A DNA stretch of 64,000 nucleotides from an uncultured Candidatus Saccharibacteria bacterium (GCA_946538495.1 CAMNGP010000001.1:121156-185155); one strand, 5' to 3'. Positions 21,379 through 31,674 are shown, counted from the first letter of the stretch. Notes: a model not told the origin generated them from the letters alone. Numbers and translations: made by a program.

Positions 21379-22349
21379 ATTGGACAGAAGTAATAAAGAA
21401 GTTCCCGGAAGCCAATTTTTTGCAATCACCAGATTATGCCAGGATGAATGAACTGATTGGCGCAAAGACCATCACGGAAGATTTTAACGGCGATGGTTAT
21501 GCACTAATGATTGTGAGAGACGCAAAACGCGGGCGTTACCTCGAAATCCCCTGTGGGCCACTAATTGACTGGGGCAACAAGAAGCTAGCAAAACAAACTT
21601 TGGCAAAGATTCGCGATATAGCACAAAGAGAAAAGTGCGTATTCGTAAGAATGCGGCCGCAGATTTATGCAACTGCTAAAAATTTGAAGCTGTTAGAAGA
21701 ATTGGGGCTGAAGAAATCGCCCATGCATTTAGCTGCCGAGCATACAGTAATGATTGATTTAACGAAGAGCGAAGATGAACTCTTGGCAGAAATGCGCAGG
21801 CAGACTCGATATGAAGTAAGACGAGCCGAAAAGCTTGGCATCAAAGTCTCTTGCGACAATTCAGAAGAACTCTTTAAAGAGTTTCATAATGTGCAAGTCG
21901 AAACAGCAAAAAGACAAAACTTTGTACCACCCAATCAAGACATTTTGATGGCGGAAAGAGAGGCTTTTGGCGAGCAGGCCAAAATCTATGTAGCCGAGAC
22001 CAAGGATGGCGAAAAAATTGCTTACGGTTTAATAATTAGCGACGGCAAAGAGGGCGACTATTACGAAGCCGCTTCGACCTTGCTTAATCGCAAATTACCT
22101 GGCGCCTATGCATTACTGTGGCGAGCAATGAAAGATTTGAAAAAGGAAGGGTACGAAAGGTTTAATTTATGGGGAATTGCACCTGCTGGGCAAACTAACC
22201 ATCGCTATGCGGGCGTAACGACTTTTAAAACTGGCTTTGGCGGCGAAATAATTGAGTTTGTGCCAGCACACGATTTAGTAATTTCAAAGATTGGCTACAT
22301 GAAAGACTTGATTGTTGAAACTGCGCGTAAAAAAAGGAGGCATTTGTGA
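21375..22349 (+). CDS. FemABX-family tRNA-dependent aminoacyltransferase
   Basis: NFLQS, IDLTKSEDELL, FNLWG, FKTGFGG. Confidence 0.9.
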   Translation: MNWTEVIKKFPEANFLQSPDYARMNELIGAKTITEDFNGDGYALMIVRDAKRGRYLEIPCGPLIDWGNKKLAKQTLAKIRDIAQREKCVFVRMRPQIYATAKNLKLLEELGLKKSPMHLAAEHTVMIDLTKSEDELLAEMRRQTRYEVRRAEKLGIKVSCDNSEELFKEFHNVQVETAKRQNFVPPNQDILMAEREAFGEQAKIYVAETKDGEKIAYGLIISDGKEGDYYEAASTLLNRKLPGAYALLWRAMKDLKKEGYERFNLWGIAPAGQTNHRYAGVTTFKTGFGGEIIEFVPAHDLVISKIGYMKDLIVETARKKRRHL

Positions 22350-23362
22350 ATATTGTAGACGCAACCGATCGTGAAGAATGGGATGATTTTATAAAATCCC
22401 ATCGGGAAGCCAATTTTTTACAGTCATGGGATTTTTACGAGTTCCACAAAAAACGCGGTAAAAGAATTGTTCGACGTTTGGCGCTAGACGACAAAACAAT
22501 CATTGGAGCTTACGCCGGCGTAGTGGAGACCGCAAAACGTGGTACCTATATGGCAATTGCCGGCGGCCCAATAATGGATTGGAGCAAACGCATGGTCGTA
22601 AATAGGATATTCGACGACATTAAAGAACAAGGAAGACGTTATAATTGTGCTTTCGTAAGAGTGAGACCACAATTAGAATTATCTAAAGAATCTCTGGATT
22701 TAATGCAAAAGCTAGGGCTTAAAAGAGCTCCGATGTATTTGTCGGTGGAATATGCTGGGATTCTAGACCTCACTAAATCTGAGGAAGAGATTTTGGTTGG
22801 CGCTTCGCAGGGGTTTAGACGTAAGCTGCGCAAGGCCGAAAAAAATGAAATTGAAATTAGCGCCGAGACTAGTGACGAAGCAATTAAAGATTTTTGCAAA
22901 TTAGAAAAACTGCACGCCGAAAGGCAAAAATATGTAGCTTTTTCTGGTGATTTTTTGCGTAAACAATTTGAAGCTTTCCGAGACAACAACGAGGTAATTA
23001 TCTATACTGCAAAAAAAGATGGCGAGATTCTGGCACAAAACTTTATGATTTTTTATGGGCCAGAGGCAAGCTATCATTATGGTGTGTCTTCTGCGCTTGG
23101 CACAAAGTATTCAGCTGCACCGCTACTGCATATGGAAGCAATGCGAGAAGCGAGGAAACGCGGTTGTATTAGGTATAATTTGTGGGGAATCGTAGAGCCA
23201 AACGAAACATCGCACCGATTCTATGGAGTAAGCGAATTTAAACGCTCTTTCGGCTGCGAAGAATTGCGCTATACTCCAGCGCACGATTTAATCTTAAAAC
23301 CTCTAGTATACCAAAAAACGAAACTCGTTGAGACCATGCGTAAAAAAATCCGCCACGTTTAG
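22346..23362 (+). CDS. FemABX-family tRNA-dependent aminoacyltransferase (second paralog)
   Basis: NFLQSW, LDLTKSEEEIL, YNLWG, FKRSFG. Confidence 0.9.
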   Translation: MNIVDATDREEWDDFIKSHREANFLQSWDFYEFHKKRGKRIVRRLALDDKTIIGAYAGVVETAKRGTYMAIAGGPIMDWSKRMVVNRIFDDIKEQGRRYNCAFVRVRPQLELSKESLDLMQKLGLKRAPMYLSVEYAGILDLTKSEEEILVGASQGFRRKLRKAEKNEIEISAETSDEAIKDFCKLEKLHAERQKYVAFSGDFLRKQFEAFRDNNEVIIYTAKKDGEILAQNFMIFYGPEASYHYGVSSALGTKYSAAPLLHMEAMREARKRGCIRYNLWGIVEPNETSHRFYGVSEFKRSFGCEELRYTPAHDLILKPLVYQKTKLVETMRKKIRHV

Positions 23363-23419
23363 CTTTTACTATTTTAAAAACTAGTGGTATAATAAGCATA
23401 AGTAATAAAAGGAATTTTT

Positions 23420-24037
23420 ATGGCAAAAATTAATCGTAGATTTATAGATAAACATTGGTTAGTCTTTATTTTGCGAGGCGCGCTTGCAATAGTATTTGGC
23501 TGCCTTACGCTGTTTGGAGGGCTAGCGGATATCCAGAATGTGATTGCGCTCATTAGCGTATTGCTCCTTGTTATGGGTATCGTAGATGCAATGGGTGCGC
23601 TATATGGCTCAGCAAAAAAACACGGCTGGCTAAATTCAGTAATTGATGCACTGATTGATGTAATTGCCGCCGTGGCATTACTGTTCTTTGCAAAGAGCGA
23701 TCTGGCAATTAGTTTAATCATCATCTCAATATATACAATTCTTTCTGGCGTGATTGATATCTTTCATGGCTTCTTATCGACAGTTGACCCCACCGATCGT
23801 TTTATCCGCATATTCGCAGGAATCTGTGGATGCGTGATGGGCGTAGTAATTCTAAATGCTGGTAACTTTGAAATCACCACTTTCATTAGATTCTTTGGGG
23901 CATATATGCTAATCGTAGGGGCTACGAGCTTGATTTATGGCGTGCATAACCGTTCTCAAGAAAAAGAAGACGAAATTGCTCGTAAGGAAGCCCGCAAATT
24001 GGCAGCCAAAAAGCGCAGCAAAAAATCCAAAAAATAG
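23420..24037 (+). CDS. HdeD/DUF308-family membrane protein
   Basis: WLVFILRGALAIVFG start; about six TMs. Confidence 0.75.
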   Translation: MAKINRRFIDKHWLVFILRGALAIVFGCLTLFGGLADIQNVIALISVLLLVMGIVDAMGALYGSAKKHGWLNSVIDALIDVIAAVALLFFAKSDLAISLIIISIYTILSGVIDIFHGFLSTVDPTDRFIRIFAGICGCVMGVVILNAGNFEITTFIRFFGAYMLIVGATSLIYGVHNRSQEKEDEIARKEARKLAAKKRSKKSKK

Positions 24038-24080
24038 TCATTCTTGGCTATTATCTATGTTATAATCGTTACACAATATA

Positions 24081-24169
24081 ATATCAAGAAGGGGCGAGGG
24101 AGCGGCCCAGCGACCCCCTACCAACCTAGCAATGCCAAGGTGGTAAATCCGACCAGAAAGGAAAGATAT
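24081..24169 (+). promoter_or_regulatory. SAM-I (S-box) riboswitch upstream of metK
   Basis: ATCAAGA, GAGGGA-GCGGCCC, CAACC, GGTG-AAATCC, GAAAGAT match the SAM-I pattern; P1 = atatc/gatat. Confidence 0.85.
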
Positions 24170-25133
24170 GTTCTATCGAACGGCGGAGAGCGTTTCTCCA
24201 AAACATCCAGACAAACTATGTGACCAAATTAGCGATGCGATTTTGGACGCGTATTTGGCTCAAGACCCAGAAGCACGCGTAGCAGCGGAAACCTGCGGTG
24301 GCCACGGTGTGGTTTTTGTGACGGGCGAAATCACATCTACAGCCAACGACATAGATATTCCCGCCATCGTTAAAAGAATTGCTGGCGACGGCGTAGAAGT
24401 TCACACTAAAATCGTAAAGCAATCTCCAGAAATTGCCCAGGGCGTAGACACTGGCGGTGCGGGTGATCAAGGGATCATGATTGGCTATGCTTGCGATGAG
24501 ACTCCAGAAATGTTACCACTGGAGGTTGTACTTTCTCGTAGACTTAACCAGTCTATCTACGAGAAACACCCGTACGACGGCAAAACCCAAATTACGATTG
24601 CTCCAGACGGCACAATCGATTCGATAGTAGCAAGCTTTCAAAATGTGCCACATGACGAACTAGAAAAACTAGTACGTAATTTTATAAAAAACAACGAATT
24701 AGATGGGCGGCTTGAGCTTCATATCAATCCAGCTGGCGATTGGAATCAAGGTGGTTTTGACGCCGACACGGGGTTAACTGGACGTAAACTAATTGTCGAT
24801 AACTATGGTCCTAGAGTGGCAATTGGTGGTGGTTGTTATTCTGGTAAGGACCCAAGCAAAGTAGACCGCTCGGCGGCTTATATGGCACGCAAGGTTGCAG
24901 TAGATTATTTGCGTAAACTCGGTGCGCATGAGGTCTTGGTGCGCTTAGCCTACGCAATTGGTCACGATCAGCCTTTGGAAAAAACCGTAATCATCGATGG
25001 CGAGTCAGAGGAAATTGAGGGTTACGATTTATCACCACGCGGCATAATTAAATTCCTCGATTTAAAACGTCCGATTTATGAAGTCACCGCCAAATGGGGG
25101 CATTACGGTGAGGGTTTTGATTGGGATAAATGA
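24168..25133 (+). CDS. metK: S-adenosylmethionine synthetase
   Basis: ESVSPKHPDKLCDQISD, GAGDQG, GLTGRK, GKDPSKVDRS. Confidence 0.97.
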   Translation: MFYRTAESVSPKHPDKLCDQISDAILDAYLAQDPEARVAAETCGGHGVVFVTGEITSTANDIDIPAIVKRIAGDGVEVHTKIVKQSPEIAQGVDTGGAGDQGIMIGYACDETPEMLPLEVVLSRRLNQSIYEKHPYDGKTQITIAPDGTIDSIVASFQNVPHDELEKLVRNFIKNNELDGRLELHINPAGDWNQGGFDADTGLTGRKLIVDNYGPRVAIGGGCYSGKDPSKVDRSAAYMARKVAVDYLRKLGAHEVLVRLAYAIGHDQPLEKTVIIDGESEEIEGYDLSPRGIIKFLDLKRPIYEVTAKWGHYGEGFDWDK

Positions 25134-25142
25134 TGGGTAGAT

Positions 25143-26450
25143 ATGGAAAAGAGGCCTGAAGAAATACGCTTAAAAATCCATTTGCTAAAAGCGGAGCTAT
25201 CACAAGCTAAGTCGTATTACAATAATAAGATTGCCTTACTAAGTCAGCTTGAAACACAATTAAGAAGAAAACCCGCGGTAATCGGAATGCTTTCCCAAAA
25301 GCTAGCTACAAAGCAAGAGCAGAAATGGGAAGAAACTAAAGATAAGCTTAGCAAGCTCAAAAAAGAACGCGACGAAAAGATTCAAAAAATAGAAGACGAG
25401 CTTAACGGCCTTGAAAAGACCTACAAAGAAAACCACAGTAAGAATCAGGAGACCAACAGGAAAAGTAGAGAAGAGAAGCTTAAAAACGTAAAAAACTTCT
25501 TAATCCGCTATAAATATCTATTTATTGGTTTAGCGGTTATCGTTGTTTTGGTTAACATTGCCCTCGCTATACCAGTCATTATCAGGAATAATGAGATTTC
25601 ACGAGAAAAGAATCGCGACTATTATATCAACATAGACGAAGGTTTTAGTTTTGATTGCAATATAGAAGAGTCTAATTATTCTTTGTTCTGCGAAGAGCGC
25701 ATTATAGAGGGCACGTTTTCCAACTACGAGTCCGTTAAGTTTTCTGATCAAGATGGCGTAATTACACATGACAATGCATTTGCTAAACGGCTACACGATA
25801 GCGTTCCTGCATTTTTGTATCAAACAAGTAATTATGACGTAATTAAACTAAATGGCTTTGATACTACAATTAGTATAACGCTGGAAAATATCATATTAAA
25901 CAGCGGTGTAACGCAAAAAAGCATACCCATACATTACTCTTTTACTGACGCTGACAAAGCGTTTCTTGCCCAAAAACACGATGAATGGGCCAAGAGAAAA
26001 GCCGAAGAAGAAGCTCGGGCACAGCAAGAAGCGGAAGAAAGAAAAGCCGAAGAAGAAGCTCGGGCACAGCAAGAAGCGGAAGAAAGAAAAGCCGAAGAAG
26101 AGAAGCGCGCTGCAGAGCAAAAAGCCGCGGAAGAGAAGCGCGCTGCAGAGCAAAAAGCCGCGGAAGAAGCAGAGCGCGCAAAAAGAACTGGCTATATCGG
26201 ACAATACATCGAAGATCCCAACTCGCGTTTTGCCGACGATGATATTTGGACCTTCAATGCAGACGGAACGGCAAAGTATTCGGCGCATCAAAGAGTAACT
26301 TATGTCCTCGAACAAAGTGGCGGTAGTTATTACAAATTCCGCGCAACTTCTTGGTACATGGATTGGATTCTTGAATTTAGCAGTGATTGGTCAAGGCTGG
26401 AAGCCACCAACGATTTCAACGGTGAAAAATCCTATTTTAATCGAATGTAA
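25143..26450 (+). CDS. Hypothetical membrane protein with coiled coils and E/A/K repeat stalk
   Basis: Central TM; charged tandem repeats. Confidence 0.75.
   Translation: MEKRPEEIRLKIHLLKAELSQAKSYYNNKIALLSQLETQLRRKPAVIGMLSQKLATKQEQKWEETKDKLSKLKKERDEKIQKIEDELNGLEKTYKENHSKNQETNRKSREEKLKNVKNFLIRYKYLFIGLAVIVVLVNIALAIPVIIRNNEISREKNRDYYINIDEGFSFDCNIEESNYSLFCEERIIEGTFSNYESVKFSDQDGVITHDNAFAKRLHDSVPAFLYQTSNYDVIKLNGFDTTISITLENIILNSGVTQKSIPIHYSFTDADKAFLAQKHDEWAKRKAEEEARAQQEAEERKAEEEARAQQEAEERKAEEEKRAAEQKAAEEKRAAEQKAAEEAERAKRTGYIGQYIEDPNSRFADDDIWTFNADGTAKYSAHQRVTYVLEQSGGSYYKFRATSWYMDWILEFSSDWSRLEATNDFNGEKSYFNRM
25995..26170 (+). repeat. Coding tandem repeats (2x45 bp and 2x33 bp)
   Basis: RKAEEEARAQQEAEE x2 and EEKRAAEQKAA x2, identical at DNA level. 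Confidence 0.9.
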
Positions 26451-26554
26451 AAGCAAGATGCCGAGGCTTATGTTTTATTAGTAGATTCATTAGATAAAGA
26501 ATAGTTGACATTTTGAGCACAGCGTGCTATTATGCTTATGTAAAAGGTCAAAAA

Positions 26555-28930
26555 ATGAAAATCGCAAACAAACATAAATATTTTGTAAGAATAGTTCTGA
26601 GTTTCGTGATTGGTGGCATGGCGTTTTTGTTTTTGTGCGTGTCACAACGTCAAATTTCGATGGCAGCAATCATGCCATCCGCTAACGGCGCTACTAATAA
26701 TAACCAAAGAATAGTACAAGAGGTGGCCAAAGCCTTTTATCTGAAGGGTGACAAAATTCAATACGAAGGTTCGCGCAGTAATCAATTTGTGGCGCCAGAG
26801 GACATAACTGAGCAATCGTCGAGCTACATGGTGTGTAGCTGGTTTACTTTTGCGGTCTATTATAACGCTTTCGGATTGGTCATTCCGCAAACTACATCAA
26901 AAATCAATTCTTATGGCAAAAGTTATTACGGAAAAACTGGCCATAGTGATGTAGTTTTATTTAGAGACCTAACAACCTTATCGACCAGCACTGCTGACAA
27001 AAAGGCTTTTAAAAGCGAGTTGCTGACAAAACTGCAGGTGGGTGATGTGATTACTTATTTTGACAGCGTAAAAAATAAAGGGCACGCGACTTTGGTTTAT
27101 GATTTTGAATACGATGCTACCGGCAATAAGACTAATGCCATCATTCTACATTCTACTAGTAATTGGGTAAAGGGTATTAGTAAACTCACTAATGGTATAG
27201 GCTGGAATAGCAAGGCCCCTAACTCAATCACTGGCATAGATGAGGGCACCGTACAGTACATCAAATTGGATAGTATTATAAATGGGGCGGTAGGCAAAAA
27301 AGACTACTTTACAGTTTATCGCCCATTGGCTATTAATAAAAATAACAATAGGTCCTATAATCGCGTGGCTTGTGGGGGCAGTGGAGCGATCGATAAAATA
27401 ACTTGCTCTTCTGAATTGTCCACCTTTGAACAGAAGACATCTTCTTCGGCAAGACTGCAATATCCAGGCATTCAGATTGAGAAAACCGTGGATGCATTCA
27501 ATGGTAACGTAGTAGAGCCGGGTGACACTTTGACTTATGATATCGCTATTACTAATAATTCAAACGCAAATTATCAAAACATATCAATTATAGAAAATAT
27601 ACCATCAAGCCTGATTAGTGCAGACGGTGGGGCAGCACAACTAAACTGGACTATTGGTACGATTAGGGCTGGTGCCACTTATCACCATAAGTACAGCGTA
27701 AAGGTGAAGGAGGACGAAAGCTTAGAAGGTCAAGAAATTATTTCTACTGGCAGTGTAGCAGGAATTCCGTCTGCAACTATTACCAACACCATTGGACGCA
27801 ATCTGAATAGTGAAGAAAAAACTGCCGTTGTCGCTGCCTATAATAATCTAAAAAACACTTACCGTGGAGCTGAGTTGATTGATAAAATCTACGAGACAGC
27901 AATGGACTACAGTTTAAACCTAAAAAATGCTAAGTTGTGGGCCCACCATAATAAAAGCGGTAACTCTGCGAACATCAAAAATGGAAATATCAATTGCAAT
28001 CCATATTATGAGGCCAGCGATAGCGGTGCTTTGTTAAAAAACCAGTCTGGTAGCTACAATGGAAAAAATGCAATGTTGAATGCTCAACATAAACTCGCTA
28101 AAAATGTCCTGAGCAATTATTATTCCGCCCTGGTTTTTACCTATGAAGATATTACTAGCTGTAGTTATAAAAACGTACTGCCAAAATTCTGGAGCGCCTA
28201 TAAAGATGATCCGGCAGCCGCTGAACTTTCGGATCGGGCCACTAGAGTATACCCAGAATCTCTACAAACTGGCGATGTATTAATATATGCCAACACCGGA
28301 ACCACAAAAGAAGGCGAGGATTCGGTAACTCACGAAAATGGGACTTATGCGTTCATCTGGATAGAGGATGGCACTGGTGGCGGCAACTTTTATGGTGTTA
28401 ACTCATTAGCTAGCGGCACAGCATTAAATATGATTTCTGGCGTGAATAACGGGACTGCAAACAGCCTACAGACTTTATTCGGCAAAGACTATTACGCTAT
28501 ATTGAGGCCTTCTTTGACCATACCGAGAGAAGCCCCGGATGAGCCAACGCCAGTTGAGCCCGAGCCGGATGAGCCAACGCCAGTTGAGCCAGAGCCGGAT
28601 GAGCCAACGCCATACGATGCAGATCCAGAAGATTTAGACCCTGACGCACCGGAATCTGATGAAGCAATACCAGACGACCCAGAACCAGATACTCCAACGC
28701 CGGCTGAACCCGAGCCGGATGGTTCTGACGACCAAGAGGAAATTCCGGCATCTTCTACGAATACTGATGACAAGACACCAACCGCACCGAATACTGGTAA
28801 AAACATTGCGGCTAATGAAGATAACCAAGAGGCTTACATCCTAGTAATTAGCACCGCAGTCCTAGCGTCGTCTGTACTGTATAGCAAAAGACAAAAGAAT
28901 TGCAAAAAGATTGGTTTTAACAAAAAATAG
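26555..28930 (+). CDS. Sortase-anchored protein: NlpC/P60-like domain, DUF11-like Ig domain, Pro/Asp stalk, APNTG
   Basis: VCSWFT...GDVITY...GHATLV; EKTVD...PGDTLTYDIAITN; APNTG + hydrophobic segment + basic tail. Confidence 0.8.
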   Translation: MKIANKHKYFVRIVLSFVIGGMAFLFLCVSQRQISMAAIMPSANGATNNNQRIVQEVAKAFYLKGDKIQYEGSRSNQFVAPEDITEQSSSYMVCSWFTFAVYYNAFGLVIPQTTSKINSYGKSYYGKTGHSDVVLFRDLTTLSTSTADKKAFKSELLTKLQVGDVITYFDSVKNKGHATLVYDFEYDATGNKTNAIILHSTSNWVKGISKLTNGIGWNSKAPNSITGIDEGTVQYIKLDSIINGAVGKKDYFTVYRPLAINKNNNRSYNRVACGGSGAIDKITCSSELSTFEQKTSSSARLQYPGIQIEKTVDAFNGNVVEPGDTLTYDIAITNNSNANYQNISIIENIPSSLISADGGAAQLNWTIGTIRAGATYHHKYSVKVKEDESLEGQEIISTGSVAGIPSATITNTIGRNLNSEEKTAVVAAYNNLKNTYRGAELIDKIYETAMDYSLNLKNAKLWAHHNKSGNSANIKNGNINCNPYYEASDSGALLKNQSGSYNGKNAMLNAQHKLAKNVLSNYYSALVFTYEDITSCSYKNVLPKFWSAYKDDPAAAELSDRATRVYPESLQTGDVLIYANTGTTKEGEDSVTHENGTYAFIWIEDGTGGGNFYGVNSLASGTALNMISGVNNGTANSLQTLFGKDYYAILRPSLTIPREAPDEPTPVEPEPDEPTPVEPEPDEPTPYDADPEDLDPDAPESDEAIPDDPEPDTPTPAEPEPDGSDDQEEIPASSTNTDDKTPTAPNTGKNIAANEDNQEAYILVISTAVLASSVLYSKRQKNCKKIGFNKK
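28535..28612 (+). repeat. 30-bp coding tandem repeat (PDEPTPVEPE, about 2.6 copies)
   Basis: ccggatgagccaacgccagttgagcc(c/a)gag repeated. Confidence 0.9.
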
Positions 28931-28944
28931 CGTCCGAAAACGCT

Positions 28945-29031
28945 TGGTGGGCGAGGAGGGACTTGAACCCTCACGGTATTGCTACCACAAGATTTTGAGT
29001 CTAGCGCGTCTACCAGTTCCGCCACTCGCCC
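28945..29031 (-). tRNA. tRNA-Leu(CAA)
   Basis: GGGCGAG acceptor, CT-CAA-AA loop, long variable arm, GTTCAAGTCC, encoded CCA. Confidence 0.96.
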
Positions 29032-29079
29032 AATAGGGTAATTATATCATAAACTGGTAAAACATGCTATAATCATAGT

Positions 29080-30288
29080 ATGAATTCAGAAAATGGTGGG
29101 CAAAATCGTAATGACCTCCAGAGACAAGCAGCAGCCGCAATCGCCAGAAAGAAAGTTCTGGCGGCTTATGCTGATTCGGCTAAAAAAGCAGCAGATAAAG
29201 CGCGTAATGACAATGCTCGCCTTAAGGATGAATCCATTACCCCCAAAATCAACTCTGAATCCTGGAAAAAATATCATTCGGCATGGCAAGACTATTACCA
29301 AAAGTATTATAGCGAGTATTATTCTCGGGCAGCGCAAAACTATATCGCTAAGGAAAGGCTAAAAGACGCTCGCGAAAAGGCCGAGGAAGAGGAAATCCTA
29401 AGTTCACTAACTAAGTCGAGTGCAAAGGTCAAGAATGAAACTGGACTTTCGCTGGGAACGGGGATAACTGGCGAAGAAAGCGCCTACGAATCTGCCGACA
29501 GTATCAAGGCAAAACTGCGCCGTAAAATCCGCAAAAAAGCAACGGATAGCGCAAAGATTTCGCGTCGACGCAGGCGTTTGATACCGTTACTTGCTGGCGT
29601 TGCCGTTACGTTGTTGGTATTATTCTTACAGTATAATAGATTGATTTTTGCACCGATTATGGCTTATGTTTCGCCTGGCAACGCGCCTGCGTCTGGGATT
29701 GAAGCGATTGATCCAACAATTACCCAGTCAGTTTCACCCGATCCGAGACTAATTATCCCCAAACTCAATATTGATGTCCCCGTTCATTTTGGCATTTCGC
29801 TTTCGGAAGTAATGTCATCAATGAATTATGGCGTTGCTCATTATAGAATTGCTGGCGCCAGTGCTTATCCGGGCGAGATTGGCAACACCGTAATTACTGG
29901 TCATTCAGCAGGTGATATTTATAGCTCTAATCAGTATAAATACATTTTTTCAGGCCTGGAAAGGCTAGAAGATGGTGACTTAATCTATATTAATTATAAT
30001 TCTGTGCGCTACACTTATAGAGTGGTTAAGAAAGAGGTGGTGGAACCGACCAATGTAGCTGCGCTGGTGGTAGAAACAGACAAACCGTTACTTACCCTGG
30101 TGACATGTACACCTCTTGGGACTTCAAGATATCGTTTGCTCGTGACGGCGGAACAAATTGCGCCAAACTATGGAGATGCGGATACGGCAGAAGACTTGCC
30201 AACTGTTGACCAGAATGTTGACAGTGAGATGCCCTCTAATGAACCGTCTTTCTTTGAGGGAATTTGGAATTGGCTAACGGGGAATTAG
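29080..30288 (+). CDS. Sortase with long N-terminal cytoplasmic region
   Basis: ITGHS and LTLVTCTP...RYR (His/Cys/Arg); central TM. Confidence 0.93.
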   Translation: MNSENGGQNRNDLQRQAAAAIARKKVLAAYADSAKKAADKARNDNARLKDESITPKINSESWKKYHSAWQDYYQKYYSEYYSRAAQNYIAKERLKDAREKAEEEEILSSLTKSSAKVKNETGLSLGTGITGEESAYESADSIKAKLRRKIRKKATDSAKISRRRRRLIPLLAGVAVTLLVLFLQYNRLIFAPIMAYVSPGNAPASGIEAIDPTITQSVSPDPRLIIPKLNIDVPVHFGISLSEVMSSMNYGVAHYRIAGASAYPGEIGNTVITGHSAGDIYSSNQYKYIFSGLERLEDGDLIYINYNSVRYTYRVVKKEVVEPTNVAALVVETDKPLLTLVTCTPLGTSRYRLLVTAEQIAPNYGDADTAEDLPTVDQNVDSEMPSNEPSFFEGIWNWLTGN

Positions 30289-31674
30289 CCATTCTCGCAT
30301 CAATTGCCCAGAACTACAATAATACAACCATTTATCTTCGGTGATGGTGACTGGGAAACTGTCGGATACCTTAGCTGAAATGATTCGACGATTAAGGCCG
30401 TCAAAATCATAGACTATAAGATTCTCGTCATGTATAACATAAATCATATCGTTATCTATCCAACCAAAATTAGCGGATTCGATTTGCCATTCCGCGATTG
30501 CCTGCGCCTCCATATCGAGAGTGGCAATATTAGCTCCTGTATACATAGTGATAAATTCACCGTCGTGGCCAACTTTGATATATTCTGGGACAAAGTTTAA
30601 TTCAAAATCTGCGACTGGCTCAAAATCAGTTTCTTTATAAAGATTCACCTGGGCACCATTTAGCAGGGTTATATATTTATCGTCGTAGAATCTACTAATC
30701 GTCACTTGCGCCGGATTAGACAGTTTATCAAGCACGATTGTTTTATTGTCGCCCAAATTTAGGGATTGTAGAGAATATTCCTCAGCGTCAGCAACTTTAG
30801 CTACGGCAATTATTTCATTCTCGTAATGATCGAATGAAACTACATTCTCTATTAGGATAGCTGAAATTTGTTTATTGGCGACATCTATTTTGCGCATATT
30901 TTGATCTTGTAACACTAGCAAGCTATTTGCCGAATCATTGACAATCTGAACGTCGTCAAACTTGGCAGCAAATTCTTTTGAAAGGTTGATGCTTTTGTCG
31001 ACATTATCAATGTTCAGTAGAAGCCATTCGACCTCGTCGTTGTTTAAGGTTTTTAGAAGAATATGGGCATTATCTTTGGCCCAATTAGCTTTTTCGATAT
31101 GACCAATGAAGCTAGCTGGGCCTTCTTCTGGCACCGAAACAAAAGAAGAGAGCTTGGAAATATCTATCTTTTGAGAGGTAGTCTTTTCTTCATCGAGAGA
31201 TAAAGCTTGCCATTCGGTCGTCAAATTGGTGATCAAGACCGTGTTGTGGTTGGGCGACACAACGGAATATCCCACGGAAGTCAAATCGATGGTTTTTTCG
31301 ATTTTGCGGTCTTTTAAAAACAGGCGGGGGTAGTGAACGCGATATAATAGCCCCTCACGGATATCAATGGTTCTAGACCATGTATCATAGCCTTCTTTAG
31401 ATAGCGATATCGTGTGTTGACCACGAGACAAGACTTTAGAGGTATTTGTACGTTGTAGCCAGTCGGAATCACCGTCTATATCAACCGTAGCGCCGGTTGG
31501 AATGGATGATATCTGTAATAACCCTTGGCGTTCGACCTTGAAATCTGAGTTAAGCCAGTACCCGGAAACAATTAAGGCCAATACTATAACCGTAATGATA
31601 ACTGCAACCACCATAATTGCTTCAGAAACGATTACTTTTAGGCTTTGAGCACGCTTGGCTTTTTCTTGATCCAT
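30274..31674 (-). CDS. PEGA-domain membrane protein with beta-propeller-like C-terminus
   Basis: TM then GLLQISSIPTGATVDIDG...KEGYDTW. Confidence 0.8.
   Translation of the reverse strand: MDQEKAKRAQSLKVIVSEAIMVVAVIITVIVLALIVSGYWLNSDFKVERQGLLQISSIPTGATVDIDGDSDWLQRTNTSKVLSRGQHTISLSKEGYDTWSRTIDIREGLLYRVHYPRLFLKDRKIEKTIDLTSVGYSVVSPNHNTVLITNLTTEWQALSLDEEKTTSQKIDISKLSSFVSVPEEGPASFIGHIEKANWAKDNAHILLKTLNNDEVEWLLLNIDNVDKSINLSKEFAAKFDDVQIVNDSANSLLVLQDQNMRKIDVANKQISAILIENVVSFDHYENEIIAVAKVADAEEYSLQSLNLGDNKTIVLDKLSNPAQVTISRFYDDKYITLLNGAQVNLYKETDFEPVADFELNFVPEYIKVGHDGEFITMYTGANIATLDMEAQAIAEWQIESANFGWIDNDMIYVIHDENLIVYDFDGLNRRIISAKVSDSFPVTITEDKWLYYCSSGQLMREWLIPR

Noticed and set aside
25995-28612. Tandem repeats as a CRISPR array
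   Set aside because: They are in-frame coding repeats without spacers; no cas genes present.
25143-29031. Integrative island at the tRNA-Leu 3' end
   Set aside because: No integrase and no duplicated tRNA end seen.
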